NCBI RefSeq assembly: GCF_964194025.1
Contig: NC_134471.1
Coordinates: forward strand, 17,484,001 to 17,548,000
Source: Convolutriloba macropyga
Taxonomy: Eukaryota
DNA length: 64,000 nucleotides
Direction: 5' to 3'
Position numbers and translations under genes: made by a program
Notes under the pieces: model-generated
What the model was told of the DNA's origin: nothing
The model's input: the letters and a program-made list of their open reading frames with translations, nothing else
Databases searched by the model: none
Shown: positions 12,350 through 23,726 of the stretch, piece after piece
How the letters are laid out: every line of letters starts with the position of its first letter
How positions within the stretch are numbered: position 1 is the stretch's first letter

Positions 12350-14914
12350 CAATTGCAATTACTGAGTAGAATTTCGGCTTGAGAGCACAAAATTCTTGAA
12401 TAGGCACGCTGGCAAACTCGTCCCTAAACTTCAGGACGACATATTCGTTCACTTTGGAGAAGAGCGGGTGCTGTGGTGGATAATTAGAGAAGTCGAAATG
12501 TTAAAAAATATGAATTTTTTGGCGTATATCTTCATAAACGTCTATTGTATTGATTCGATATAGCAGTGAATCAGTATCCGAGTAGAGAACTTTGCAATCA
12601 AAATTTGGCTTCATCACTGTATAATGGAATTGGAACATCTGTAATTTGGCCAGATCAAGTACACATGCCCCAACAATAGTGGGTTTGTTCCAATAAATCC
12701 GTTTATTTTGCAGTTTCCATCGCAGCCATGCTCTCTCCAAAGATTTTGAACGATTTAAAATGAAAGTTTTGCGTTCTTTGTAGCACACTTTGAGCATTTC
12801 GAACAATAACGACCTGATCACGGTTCCTTTTCGACTCGCACGTTTTTCCGAACGCTGAATTATTCGTACCCTTATCGAACTTTTTGCCAAAAGAAGTACT
12901 GTTAGCAATCCGGAGACTGGTATTTAGCTCCATGTAGGGTCGCATCCAGTTCGCTTGCTCAGACTTTAATGCCCGATAAAGTTTTGTGATTTTGAGCCCC
13001 ATTGACTTGTAGAATTGTGCAAGCCGATAATGTAGCGTTTAGCGGTTTTTAGGCAACAGCGTTTTGGCCCAGATGACTTTTCAGGTAAGTGCATCTGTAC
13101 TTTCAAATTTTTCCGGTAACCGCTCAGCCAAGAATGTTTTATTTTCAATTTGGATGTCGCCAGAGGGTAATCTTGATGAGCTTCATGAAATTCGGGTGGA
13201 TAATCAATGTCAATTTCAATTATGTATCCATGCTGTGCCGTTGACGAAATTTTGAGTACTTCCTCGAGCGTGATGTGTGCATCTGGCACCAAATCCTTCA
13301 AGGGCAAATGATCGTTCTGCATTACGCCGCCGTTGAGGTTATTTGCGTCTAGCATCAACGCATATGTAGACGTCTTAGAAGCATCATAGTTCGGCATATG
13401 GCAGTTGTTTGCTTGAAAGAGTTGTTGCTCATAGATTGAAGACACTCCTCCGCGCATCATGTTCTCTACAAGTTCAAGTTATTCTCTCTCGGTTAGCAAA
13501 TGCAGGTCGGGTTTGCACACCTTGAGGAACGCATCTCCGGATAAGTTTGATGCTCCATAGTACTGTGCGCAATCTAAACCGTGCGTGTCATAGCAGATAT
13601 CTCAAAAAGCCTCAAAGACGCACGCCAAGATCAAAGTGTCACAGGTTAGATAAAGGTCGTGGTAGTCGCCGATGTTTTGACAACCAAATTTTGAAAACAT
13701 TATTTGAGCATGATTGTAGTCGGTTTCGCTGATAGTGACTTCACCGCCATGCAATGTATTTTTCCATTCCGATAATGGAGGCAACACTTTTTCTTCAAAC
13801 ACTTGTTCTGATGTGATGTAGGAATAACAGTAAAAACCTTTTTGGCAGAGAAGTTGAAAATCAATATTGGAGTAAGATTCATACTTAGAGCGTAGAATGT
13901 CAAAGCGATTGTCAGGCAGATCAGCTACCAAGGACTCGAGTGAATGGGGCATGAAGTTAAACGAGTCAATTAACCTTATGTATTCGAAGACGGGTACTTG
14001 TTGTCCGGCCTCCGACTCAAAATTCTTTATGAACACTCCGACAGAGAGTGATATATAGTTTTCGTCCGTAGAAGGTATAACTTCGAACTTCGTTTCCGGC
14101 TCACACTCTGCTGGTGCGAGAGATATATGATGAATATCATACTTTTTGATATTATGACCAATCATTGGCGTAAAGTTAGATGTTCTGCGACGAGTGTTAC
14201 AGAGTTGATGCGCACACCCTCGAAAATGACCATCGTAGTGTCAGTGGTCAAGAGCAAGCTCAGCCTCATCGTTTATTTCGTTTTCACAGATCCAACATCT
14301 TGTGTTATTTTCACGCGCTGAAACAGGTCCTCGGTAGGGTCCGTAGAAAGCCCGTTTTCGGTTGTCCCGCGCCAGTACATGCAAAGATTTTACAAATTCG
14401 TTCATACAGCTTTCACTTCTTTTGAGTTCAAAGTAGACAGGAGTTGCTTTACCTTGTTCTATGGCTGCTATAGCATAACCACAAGGTTCGTGTTTTTCAA
14501 TTGCAACTGTGTAGGAAGTAGAGGGTGAGAGTTGTGCTGTAGCGATTGGAACAAGATAAGATTTTGTGTAAAAGTATAGAACGATAGGAAGAAACCAGCG
14601 TGCTTTCCAGTTTCGGAACTGTAGGGAAGTGTTGCTTTCTTTTGGCATAACAATTTCTGCTGCTGCATGTTCACTGCATGTTTTAACATGGTTTTGATAA
14701 GTTTCTCTGTTTGTACACAAACGAAAACAATTTCGACAAATACGCTGCGCTGCACGGTGCGCTATACCTTTGAACGTATGCGACAAATCGTTCCAGATTC
14801 AAGATGAGAATGTGTTGATGGGCATTCTCATCGTGGAGGAGAAGAAGGTCCATTGTGAAGGATTTGTTTGGCTTTTTGGAAACGTAGATCATCACCAAAC
14901 GTGTTCCCTCGATT

Positions 14915-15016
14915 CTGTAAACAAAAGAGATTCATGAATACCAATACAGTTTTAACATTTTGATTCGTTTAGCGGGAATATTTATTTTTTATTGATATTA
15001 TTAAAGAAACACTTAC
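14915..15016 (-). other. Predicted 102-nt GT-AG spliceosomal intron in pPolB
   Basis: Donor GG|GTAAGT and acceptor TCTCTTTTGTTTACAG|A. Removal joins VRVNVF-G-IEGTRLVMIYVSK in frame. The intron is AT-rich. Confidence 0.85.
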
Positions 15017-16240
15017 CCGAAAACATTGACGCGAACGTCGTTGGCGTCCTCAAAGTATGGGATCCTGTTTATGGGCATGGGCATCTGATAGTCTCCAACC
15101 GTTCTTGTACGTACCTGGATTCGTCTTTTCAATTCCTGAACGACCTTCTGTCAGTAAATTGATTCGATTTTTGATGTGATACGCGGCAACGCAACAATAC
15201 ATGAAGCAGTTATGATCAAAATGGTTTCGTATGTTGAGCAATGAACGGCATCCGTTCAGGAAACCAGGTAGAGCTATATATGACGATGCATGCACGAGGG
15301 CAATGGCGGCCATCTTGATTTCCAGTCTGTTTACTTTGCGTAGAATCCATCCACTGCCTTGTGACGAAAACATGAAGAGAATATTCAACATCTTACTCAA
15401 CATCTTGAAAAAATCTTCGTTCGAGAGTCCATCCAAGTACACTGTAGTCATTTCAGAGCTAGCAAAGATTTCGATAGCTTGTTCTTCGTTGTCATTTTCG
15501 TTTCTTTCTTTGTAGAGATCCAGGGACACAACAAACTGAACTTTTTTGGCTGCATTCGAAACTTCGCTGTTTAACAGGTCAGTTATGATGTCTCTATTGT
15601 TCAGCATGAACTCCATGAGATCTTGGTCGTCCTCCGTTCCATCAATAGTGAAAACTTGAAGTGCTCCTTGAAAGGCGGATTCTGTTGGTCTTTTGCTTGT
15701 TTCACTAGTTCTCGAAGGCAGTCCATGTTGACCTCCTATGTGTATGGCAAAGCGATCAGCAGAATCAAAGTCAATACAGCAGTAGAGACAACATTGTACT
15801 AACGGATTATGTCGGTTTCCGAAATGTCGTTCGAGAGTTCGTAGATCTCTTGTATTGAAATCACAGTGTTCACAGCGGTACACTGGCACTCCAACTTCAT
15901 CTGGATGCAAGTTCCTTTGGTGACGATTGCGGTTGGTGCGAAATGTGAATTTGGCGTTACAAAATTTGCACGAGAAACTCATAGTTGAATCAATTAGAAG
16001 ATAAAATGGTTTTGAGTTCGAGCTAAACCAAACCTTCAACTCTCTAAAAGTAACCAACCTCCTGATTGGTTGAAATTAAAAACATGTTCAAAACGAAATT
16101 TCTAGGGACAAAGTTTCTTTCCAATCAGTTAACTAAAGGATTACACAAGAGTGAATAATATCATTGCCCAAGGTTCACAGCCCAATTAATTAAATTAGGA
16201 GATGGATGTAGCTTTAGATAAAACATTTTTTTATCCCATA

Positions 16241-16490
16241 TGAGGGCGTTTAGCATTTTATGCAAATTTAGTCCCTGCTTTATGCAAATTCCATCATTCG
16301 CCAGTGAGGGCGTAGATAATGTTGTATGCAAATCCGTTTGCATATATGATTGGTATTCTGGCCAAAGAGGGCTACAATCATGTCTTATGCAAAGTTGAAT
16401 TAAAATGCAAATAACAATGTTTTGCCGTAATAGTCGGAGACATATGCGTAACTTCTATGCAATATATGCGTAATTACTATGCAATGACGT
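16241..16490. promoter_or_regulatory. Octamer (ATGCAAAT) repeat array upstream of pPolB
   Basis: Perfect ATGCAAAT at 16260, 16282, 16326 and 16405, plus near matches, within three degenerate ~62-bp units starting GAGGGC. CCAAT/ATTGG boxes lie near 16066, 16121 and 16349. Confidence 0.55.
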
Positions 16491-18006
16491 GTTTTAGCGA
16501 GCCTTATATGGTTAAATAGCTTTATTGCTGTTCTAGTGCAACTGAATATCTCTTCTTAGGGATAAAAAAGTGATTATCACAGTTTTTTTAACCAAAAACA
16601 TTGAAAAAATTTTTGACAATAGATTTGAAATTTAGTATAAAAAGTCTCATCAATGATTACTGGAGGTTGTAGCAGAATCAGTTGAGGGTTGAAAGATTTT
16701 AAAAAACTAAGAAAAAATGTTTTTAAAAATTGGAAAAAAATTGACTTTTTTTGTTTTTTTTTGCAATTTTTAATGGAACTCATACTTGGCGAACAGCTAG
16801 CTTCATCATTCTTATGATCAAAGTTTCACAGTGTGAGATTTTATGAAGACCGGTTTTTACAGAAGTGTGAAAAAACCTCGGGAACACGATTTTTCAAAAC
16901 ATCTGGCAGCCACATGTTTCTAATTGAAAACAGGTGTTTGCGAAAACCGTGTTCCCGGGGTTTTTTGGCCATGATCATCAAAATCTTTTATTTCTGTTAC
17001 CAGGTTGTAAGAAAAACTCATTCTGAGTATTTTTCAGGAAAACAACCACATCATCAATTTTTTTCAATTTTTCTGAAAAATTGACCTTTTTTTCAGAAAA
17101 AAAGTTTTTTTCTCTAAAAATGTTTATGAGGAGTTTCAAAGTTTCAAAAGTAACACCTTCAAATTGTAGTAAAAAACATAGGGATAACATTGAAACGTTA
17201 AAAAAATTGCATGTTTTCAAATTATCTGAAAGAAAAAAATTTTTTTCAAAATTTATAGTTTTCACAAAATTTTTGCTTTTTTACAAATAACTTTTTTTCT
17301 GTTACAGATATGAAAAAGTTTATGGGGACCAAAAATTTAGAGCGTGTTATTTTACATCATATGAGATACTTCTCAGTAGTTTCTTCATCAGTCTTCCACT
17401 TGTAGGGTGATAAGTTAAAGACAAAAATATATGACTGAACATAGATTTTGTTTTCTGTGACCCGGAAATTGTGCTCCCCCAAAATTTTTGTTAAGAGTTT
17501 TATTTTAGAACACTTTGCGCTCAGCAAAATGTCTTCTTACAATCTTACAAAATTATCCAACTATTTCGTTTTCATTGTTTTTTTCGTTTTTCTTCAAAAA
17601 TTTTCCAATTTTTTGAGCAATTTGTTCGAAAAATGTTTTGAAAATGGGCAGAGACACCACTTCTCAATAAAGTTGTTCAAGTCCTATTTTGTAGACGATA
17701 TTGTGCTCTATACAACCATGTTTATACATGTTTCTTCATTTGGCAAATATAGTCACTTTTACAGGTTTTCGAAAAAAAATGTCAGTTTGTCTTTAGTCCT
17801 TCGAATTTTTTTTCTGTTTTCAACACCAAACTAATAGTATTAAATTTTTATTTTGTACACAAAAAATATTCAATCTCCTTTACAAAATCGAAACAAATTA
17901 ATCATAGAAGTTGACTCAACATTTTTATAAAACACAATTTTTGATTACTCCAATAAGCACTTCTTCACACAATCAAACTGAGAGTTTAGGTTTCCTTTCA
18001 GAAATT

Positions 18007-18784
18007 CTAATCAAAGAGTTTTTCACAGGGTCCAATGGACCTTCTTTTTCTTGGCGCGAGAGTGACTTTTGGCGTCTCGGAGTTGTCGGGTGTTGTTGTT
18101 GTTGTTGTTGTTGTTGCTGCTGCAACCAAGCTTGAACCGGTCTCCAAAATTGTTGTTGGTGTCGTCGAGCCAGACGGTGTTCTGAAGTCAGTCGCAAACA
18201 AATTTTGCATCAATTGACTTGCAGTTGGTAGTGAGCCAAAATTCCATGCAAGTTTCTCCTCTGTAGCGGGGGAAAACAGAGATGGTCAGCTCTCCGGAGT
18301 CACAGTGGCACTAGGATCAGAAGTTGGCGTTGAAACACATCCTGGTGTTGGTGGTGGTGACTCGGAAGAATGTGGAAGGCCCCATAAATCGGCTAGGTCA
18401 TTGCAGGCCCGAACTACTCCCAACTGGTTTTCGAAAGAGGGCACGCAGTCACAATCGTATTTGTATAGAATAGTTCGAGTTCCTTTTGGCAGTGTCACAA
18501 TGTCATACGGGTAAAGAGGATGTGTTAACGACAAAAGTGGAATGAACCCGCCTGAAATGATAAAGGTTCCACCGCAATGTTCACTCTCCTTTTTGTCCGG
18601 CAAGGTTGCAATGAAGTTAATGAAGATTTTGGGTATCATAAAGTGTTCAAGCGTTGTCCAATTCTCCTCTTTCTCGTTTGTCCTTTTTTTGTTGGATAAA
18701 AACCACAAAGTTTTCGTTAAAGGTTTGGTACACAATTGTTCGCTCCCAGACATTGTTTTGGTCGCTCAGGATATGGAAAGACAT
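18007..18784 (-). pseudogene. Polinton orphan gene with a Ser/Thr/Pro-rich C-terminus and a basic PRKRR motif
   Basis: Three ORF fragments (MSFHILSD..., ...YDCDCVPSF..., ...TTTTTT..PRKRRS) join through one frameshift and one stop. Contains a (GTT)n tract at 18091-18116. Confidence 0.55.
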
Positions 18785-19523
18785 TTTCTGCGTTTGAAAA
18801 ATTTTGAAGAGATAATAATGTTTTAAAGAATTTTGGAATGCTTTGAAGAGAAGATAAGCAAATTGAATGTTTTCGATAATTGAGCAAGAAAAAGTTGTGA
18901 AGGTATTTCCAAAGGCCAACCATTTGGCCCGGAATTTCATTGAAAACATATGTGCTTTACTGCTTTGTCTATAACAGAATTAGGCACACGCCTTAAAACT
19001 GCACATGTATTTACAAAATTTAATTGAACGCCAGCTGTTTGTTTTCATTAATTTGGACCAAGTTGGATAAATAGACCACAGACGTGTAACCCACGCATGC
19101 CGCGCGCCTGAGGTGGGGAGCACTTTGCTTGTAATTGAAACCACACTTTGGTTCCTTGTTACGAGGGAATTATCACACCTAACACGTATTATTCCCCTCT
19201 TATTAGTCAGTTTCTTTGAAACTCATGGTGTTAGGGACTATTACCAGTGTGTATTTGTGTTAGTGTGTGTGTGTATGTATGTGTGTGTGTGGGTTATCAA
19301 GGCAATTCCAAGAAATACCTCGTGTTGATCTAAATATAACTCCGCGATATATAAATTATATGGGAAATACACGGGCCTCTGAAGACATGTGATATATGTA
19401 AACCACTTGAAACACCCTTATCAGTACCGTTTTGGAATGAATAGTGAACATTTGAATAATTTAACCTTTCGCTAACAGTTGACTACGTTCTACAGCAAAA
19501 ACTTCTAAGCTAATTTGGTACAA

Positions 19524-19892
19524 ATGCCTTTCACTGCAAGCAAAGACAAAGAGCAAAGAGTACGGTGATTGCTATTTCGATATATCTAAAACAGAAAAGA
19601 GGTTGATAAGAGCTACTCTCAAAACCTATGAAAACACCGGGACGTATGTCAATTTGAAACTTTTTAAGAGAAAAGACAATGAATACGAATTTGAAGAGAG
19701 AATATCCCTTACAACAGAGGAATTTAACAAACTTATGAAAAAATTGGCAGGATAAGAAACTCGGTGCCAGAGTCAGAAGGGAACAAAGATACTTCGGTTG
19801 CTAAAAAACCGGTGGCTAAAAAACCTAAACTAGCAGAAAAAGATTCTGGATACGAATCAGCGTCCTCATCCTCGGCTGCTTCCACAGATTAA
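19524..19892 (+). pseudogene. PC4-like ssDNA-binding protein
   Basis: Not in the ORF track. Joining two frameshifts gives ...YFDISKTEKRLIRATLKTYENTGTYVNLKLFKRKDNEYEFEERISLTTEEFNKLMKK, which matches the PC4 pattern (ISL..E.F..L), followed by KKPVAKKPK and DSGYES. Confidence 0.6.
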
Positions 19893-19897
19893 TCAAA

Positions 19898-20620
19898 ATG
19901 GTTGAAGCAATGTTTGAACGATCGCCGGGTTACTTCAAACAATTTCAGAAGGCGTTCAAATTTTCAGTTTGCGATGAAAAACCGGAGTTTAATGGTGTAA
20001 AAAATTATGCTGTGTGTGTTCATTTTGAAAACCCCTTTTGCACTTTGAAAACTAACCATTACCATGTTTTAGTGGATACATCAGACGTGACAAAGTCTTC
20101 AGACAAATCAAGGTTTAAAAAAAGCTATACAGTGCCTTGTCTCTACACGACATTCAAGATTTTGTTCGCCAATTCAAATACCCTAGAGCTGAATGGAGAA
20201 ACTTTTCAAAAGCTTGTTCTGGCGGTTGAATACAACAAAAATCTGAGCATAGACTCCCACTCAATTCAGAAACTGTTGCCAAACTTCTCTAACGCAGCTG
20301 CTAATCAAAAGGTCAACAACAGCAGCAACGTGACGTTGAATGAAGACAACCAACAACGACTACAGCAAGGAAGCAGCGTACAGTTTCAACTTCATCAAAA
20401 GTCATTGCAAAATTGTATTACAAAGTCCAATAACCAACAAACTCAAACTGATAGCTTTGCAAGTGAATCTCTAAAGAGATTTCACAATATCTCGTCTGGG
20501 CCACACTCAGGTGCTTTCTGCCAAATAATGGACATTTTTTTGAACGGATATGGTAACTTGCTTGTTGTTACTGATGTTTTGTTTGTACGCATAGTGTATG
20601 AAGAGAAAATAAGATTTTGA
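19898..20620 (+). CDS. Polinton orphan, 240 aa, with an HUH-like motif (HYHVLV)
   Basis: Intact ORF starting 5 nt after the PC4-like stop; AATAAA follows the stop at 20622. Confidence 0.65.
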   Translation: MVEAMFERSPGYFKQFQKAFKFSVCDEKPEFNGVKNYAVCVHFENPFCTLKTNHYHVLVDTSDVTKSSDKSRFKKSYTVPCLYTTFKILFANSNTLELNGETFQKLVLAVEYNKNLSIDSHSIQKLLPNFSNAAANQKVNNSSNVTLNEDNQQRLQQGSSVQFQLHQKSLQNCITKSNNQQTQTDSFASESLKRFHNISSGPHSGAFCQIMDIFLNGYGNLLVVTDVLFVRIVYEEKIRF

Positions 20621-20621
20621 A

Positions 20622-20635
20622 AATAAAACTTTATT
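20622..20635. terminator. Back-to-back polyadenylation signals
   Basis: AATAAA-AC-TTTATT lies between the converging plus-strand ORF and the minus-strand protease gene. Confidence 0.65.
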
Positions 20636-20663
20636 CAACTAAGCAGAGTTTTAGTAGAGTTAG

Positions 20664-21098
20664 TTAGAGCATCATATGAAGCGCAAATCGAATCAAATAA
20701 ACATCACTCATTATTACAATTTCTGTGTTGTTAAAAATGTAATGAGCAACATAAATACAAAATAAGCCACACAAAATAGAGTTTTGTGTTTGTATAGGTT
20801 GATTTCTAAGCAATTCATACACTTTTTGAATATCAAGAGCAGCGGAGGCCAGTCTGTTGTACAAACATTAGTATGATGTTAATTTCTGTCCAAGCGGATC
20901 AGCGAAAATGTAATTGCCATTCTTCCTACACAAAAGTGTCCAATGTGTTCCAATAGAATCAGAGCTGGATACATTCACAATAATGAATCTGTTCTGTGAC
21001 AATTTCAAGGGAAAATTATCAGCTGCAAATACACCACAAAATTTGTACTTTAGAAGTTTACATGCTTGAATCAGGCTGTTTATTTCGTCTTCATCCAT
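20664..21098 (-). pseudogene. Adenain-like cysteine (maturation) protease
   Basis: GVFAAD, IIVN..S...GTHW, FADPLG, Q..NS.LCGLFC (His/Asp/Gln/Cys); one in-frame stop at 20868. Confidence 0.92.
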
Positions 21099-22396
21099 TA
21101 GTTTGTCAGAATATGATTTTTCGAAACTTTCCGAGCCGAATCGATGAAAATAGTACTCGCTTTCTCACCGATAATGAAAATTTCTATATTACTTGGCAAG
21201 GCAACTGAAAACTTGAGTTCAATTGAAATTGGACAATTGGTGAGTTCAGGGTGAATAAAATCATGCGACGCCTGGTGAGTGCTTGTGAGATCAAACACCA
21301 TAATAAAATGGCTCGGGTACTCAGACAATTTAATTCCATGACCATTGTCAATATAGGCTGAGTCTGACATTGTGTTGAAATATAAGCGTTTGTCATCAGT
21401 TGTATTTATTGGACTGTCAGCTACAGGAAGTCCATTTCGGTAAATATAAATCTGCTCCAGATTGAATTTACGAAAGTGGAAAGGATTGAGTTGTTTGCTT
21501 CCTTAAAACGCTTCATTTGTGTTAAGGCATATAGCTAGACGTCGAATTGGCTCCCTGCTGAAAACATCTTCTTGTTTCCAGCTTTGCAAGCCAGTAGAAG
21601 CAAGAAACGTTTTAGTTATGGTCTCCAAAAACGGATTGGACGCTGGACTTGATAGTAAAGTTTTTTCAATTGCAGAAACCACGTCATCGTTTAACGTCAT
21701 TTTTCTCACATACAAATTGGCTTCTATAATTTTTACTTTGTAGGATTTTGCAGCATCGTCGGAAATTGTGACAAAATCATCTATTGATTGTCGAAAAGAA
21801 ATGCGCAGCGTCACACCACTCAAAAGATGTCGATCGCAACTAAAAAAATCTACAGCTACTTTTCCATAAAAAGTACATTCGGCAGATTGTCTAACCAAAG
21901 CTTTTCGTCTGTTAACATCAGCTGCCAGAATTGCCCCGGGGTTCTCTTCGTATGATTAACCTTGACATGCCAACCAAGTTGCTTTAGCATCTTTGTTATG
22001 AGAAAATTCAGTTTCAATGAAACTTTTGTGAGCATAATTTCCATTTGCATTTGAAATTTTTAATCCGTTGGCAGATACTGTACAGTCAGAAAAGAGCGAA
22101 TGTAAAACATTATTGCAGAAGTAAGGGGCGTCTTTTTTGGTGACGTCTGCTGCAGCTCCAGCGTCATATTTCAAATCGGCTTCAGAACCTTGAACTATCT
22201 TGCATTTGATTTCCAGGAAAGTTTTTTGTAGGTCAATAAAATTATTTCTGTCTCCAGCCACCTAAAATTCGAGCATGGGTCCGTTAGGGCTGTACACTGG
22301 CCCTACTTTTTGATAAAAACTACCATCAAAAGTTACAAGAAGCGCTGGTTTTTCAAACAAATCCAGGGAACTATGTGTTGCCTCTGTTAGTAACAT
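21098..22396 (-). pseudogene. Major capsid protein (double jelly-roll)
   Basis: N-terminus SSLDLFEKP..GP.LEF..G....IDL, then NNVLHSLFS, YAHKSFIETE, ANLYVRK, FDLT and IELKF. Position between core and protease genes fits Polinton synteny. Several lesions. Confidence 0.88.
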
Positions 22397-22397
22397 A

Positions 22398-22842
22398 TTA
22401 CCGATCATCTTTAACTCTAGCGAAGAAATCCGACCGACTTCTTTTTGGCTGTTTATTTTTTGAAATGACTGTCTTTCTCATATTAGTACTTTTTCTAGCT
22501 TTTGAGCCAGATCGTTTAGACCGTCTCCGATTCATGCGGTTTTGTCGTCTCATTCGCAGTGCTAATGAGCCTCCTGTTTGCTTTTTAACTGTATTCGATA
22601 TAGTGTTTTTCAACGCCTGCTTTGCGGTTTTTTTTGCTGACAACATCCACTAACTCTGGCACACTTTGGAAGAGAAGTTCTTTTCCGACACGTTTTGCTT
22701 CGGGTAGAATGAATTTTCGTGCAGGCGGTAAAGCGATTCAACCTATGCCAATTGCTAAAGCTCCAAAGCCACTTCCTCTTTGTCTATAGTGTCCGGAAAA
22801 ATAAGGTAACGAAGATGCTTGATTGGTATAGTACGATTCCAT
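22398..22842 (-). pseudogene. Basic core/DNA-binding virion protein
   Basis: MESYY...F.G..RQRGSGFG, QTGG (adenain-type cleavage sites) and an Arg/Lys-rich C-terminus. Confidence 0.75.
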
Positions 22843-22846
22843 TGTT

Positions 22847-23726
22847 TTAATCACCAAATTTTCTGAACTGTAACGTTAATATTACTTTACCGGTCCCTGA
22901 AAAGGGGACTAATTGACCTGTTTCGGTACGTAACTCTATGGAAATTGATTGAATCGTATTTGAAAGTAATTTTTTATAGTCCAAATTTGAAAAAACTATT
23001 CTATGCGTTGGTTCAAGTTCACACACGCTACCGTTTTTCAGACGTTGTTTTGAATCAATGACACGTAATAAAAGCGCCTTAGCATCACCAACATATTGAT
23101 ACTCGATAATGTTTGTGTAAATGAATATTAAATGCTTTCCCGCGCACAGATCAGCAGAACTTCTCCATATTACGCTTTTGTCTCATCGCTCTTCATTAAT
23201 TTATTTAATGTAGCTGTATTCATTTTGTACCCAATATGTACACCATGTTTATCTGGAATTCCTGTAAAACCCACAATACTGGGTATTTCTTCACTAGTAA
23301 ATGTGATTCCCCCATTTTTACCAAAAAGTATTTCGTATTTTCCAGTACTCTTGATTTCACGAAACGAAAAATTAGGTAGTCCAACTGTTCGCTTGATAGT
23401 AAATAAAAGTTGAGCAACAGTGTCAAAGTTTCCAGTCATGAAAGAGAATTTTTCTCCACTGTAAGGTCGAGAAATGACATTGGCATCAGATGAGATTCTT
23501 TGTGAGTCCTCGTAACCCTTAAGACTATATGCTATCAAACCTCCATTCACCACATGCTGAATTTTGGTCGGAAAAATAATTTCGCTTAGAACTACACTCC
23601 AGTCGCCAGATAGTTGAATTTCATCGTTGAAAAAATTTCTGAACGAAGCTAGTGTGTTTAGGTCTCCATCGAAGCGCTTGAAATAACATGTACCGTAAAC
23701 TCGTCTTCGAATCGTTTACTTCCCAT
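22847..23726 (-). pseudogene. Minor capsid protein (penton)
   Basis: FTVHVISSAS...SFRNFF...LSGDWSV.LSEI at the N-terminus; YTNIIEYQYVGD...LLR...IELRTETGQLVPF..G...LTLQF at the C-terminus. Confidence 0.85.

Larger units (their letters stand above)
11735..15982 (-). pseudogene. Protein-primed DNA polymerase B with N-terminal C2H2 zinc fingers, EndoVII/HNH insert, two introns and an acidic tail
   Basis: Fragments in order: three C2H2 fingers; SQGSGW; SSYIALP..CF; FEDANDVRVNVF; exonuclease motifs (GHNIKKYD, YLTCDTLIL); CWIC..DH*H.G.FRG.AH..CN; MRGGVS; LDANNL; NSAFGKT; YSDTDS; LKPKFYS; AKGV; AFDDKRY. Several frameshifts and stops. Confidence 0.95.

Noticed and set aside
16577-17834. Lys/Phe-rich ORFs inside the Polinton spacer
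   Set aside because: Translations of A/T homopolymer-rich DNA; no TIR or TSD found to call a nested element.
17911-18217. Poly-Cys, poly-Gln and poly-Val ORFs
   Set aside because: Alternate frames of one (GTT)n microsatellite.
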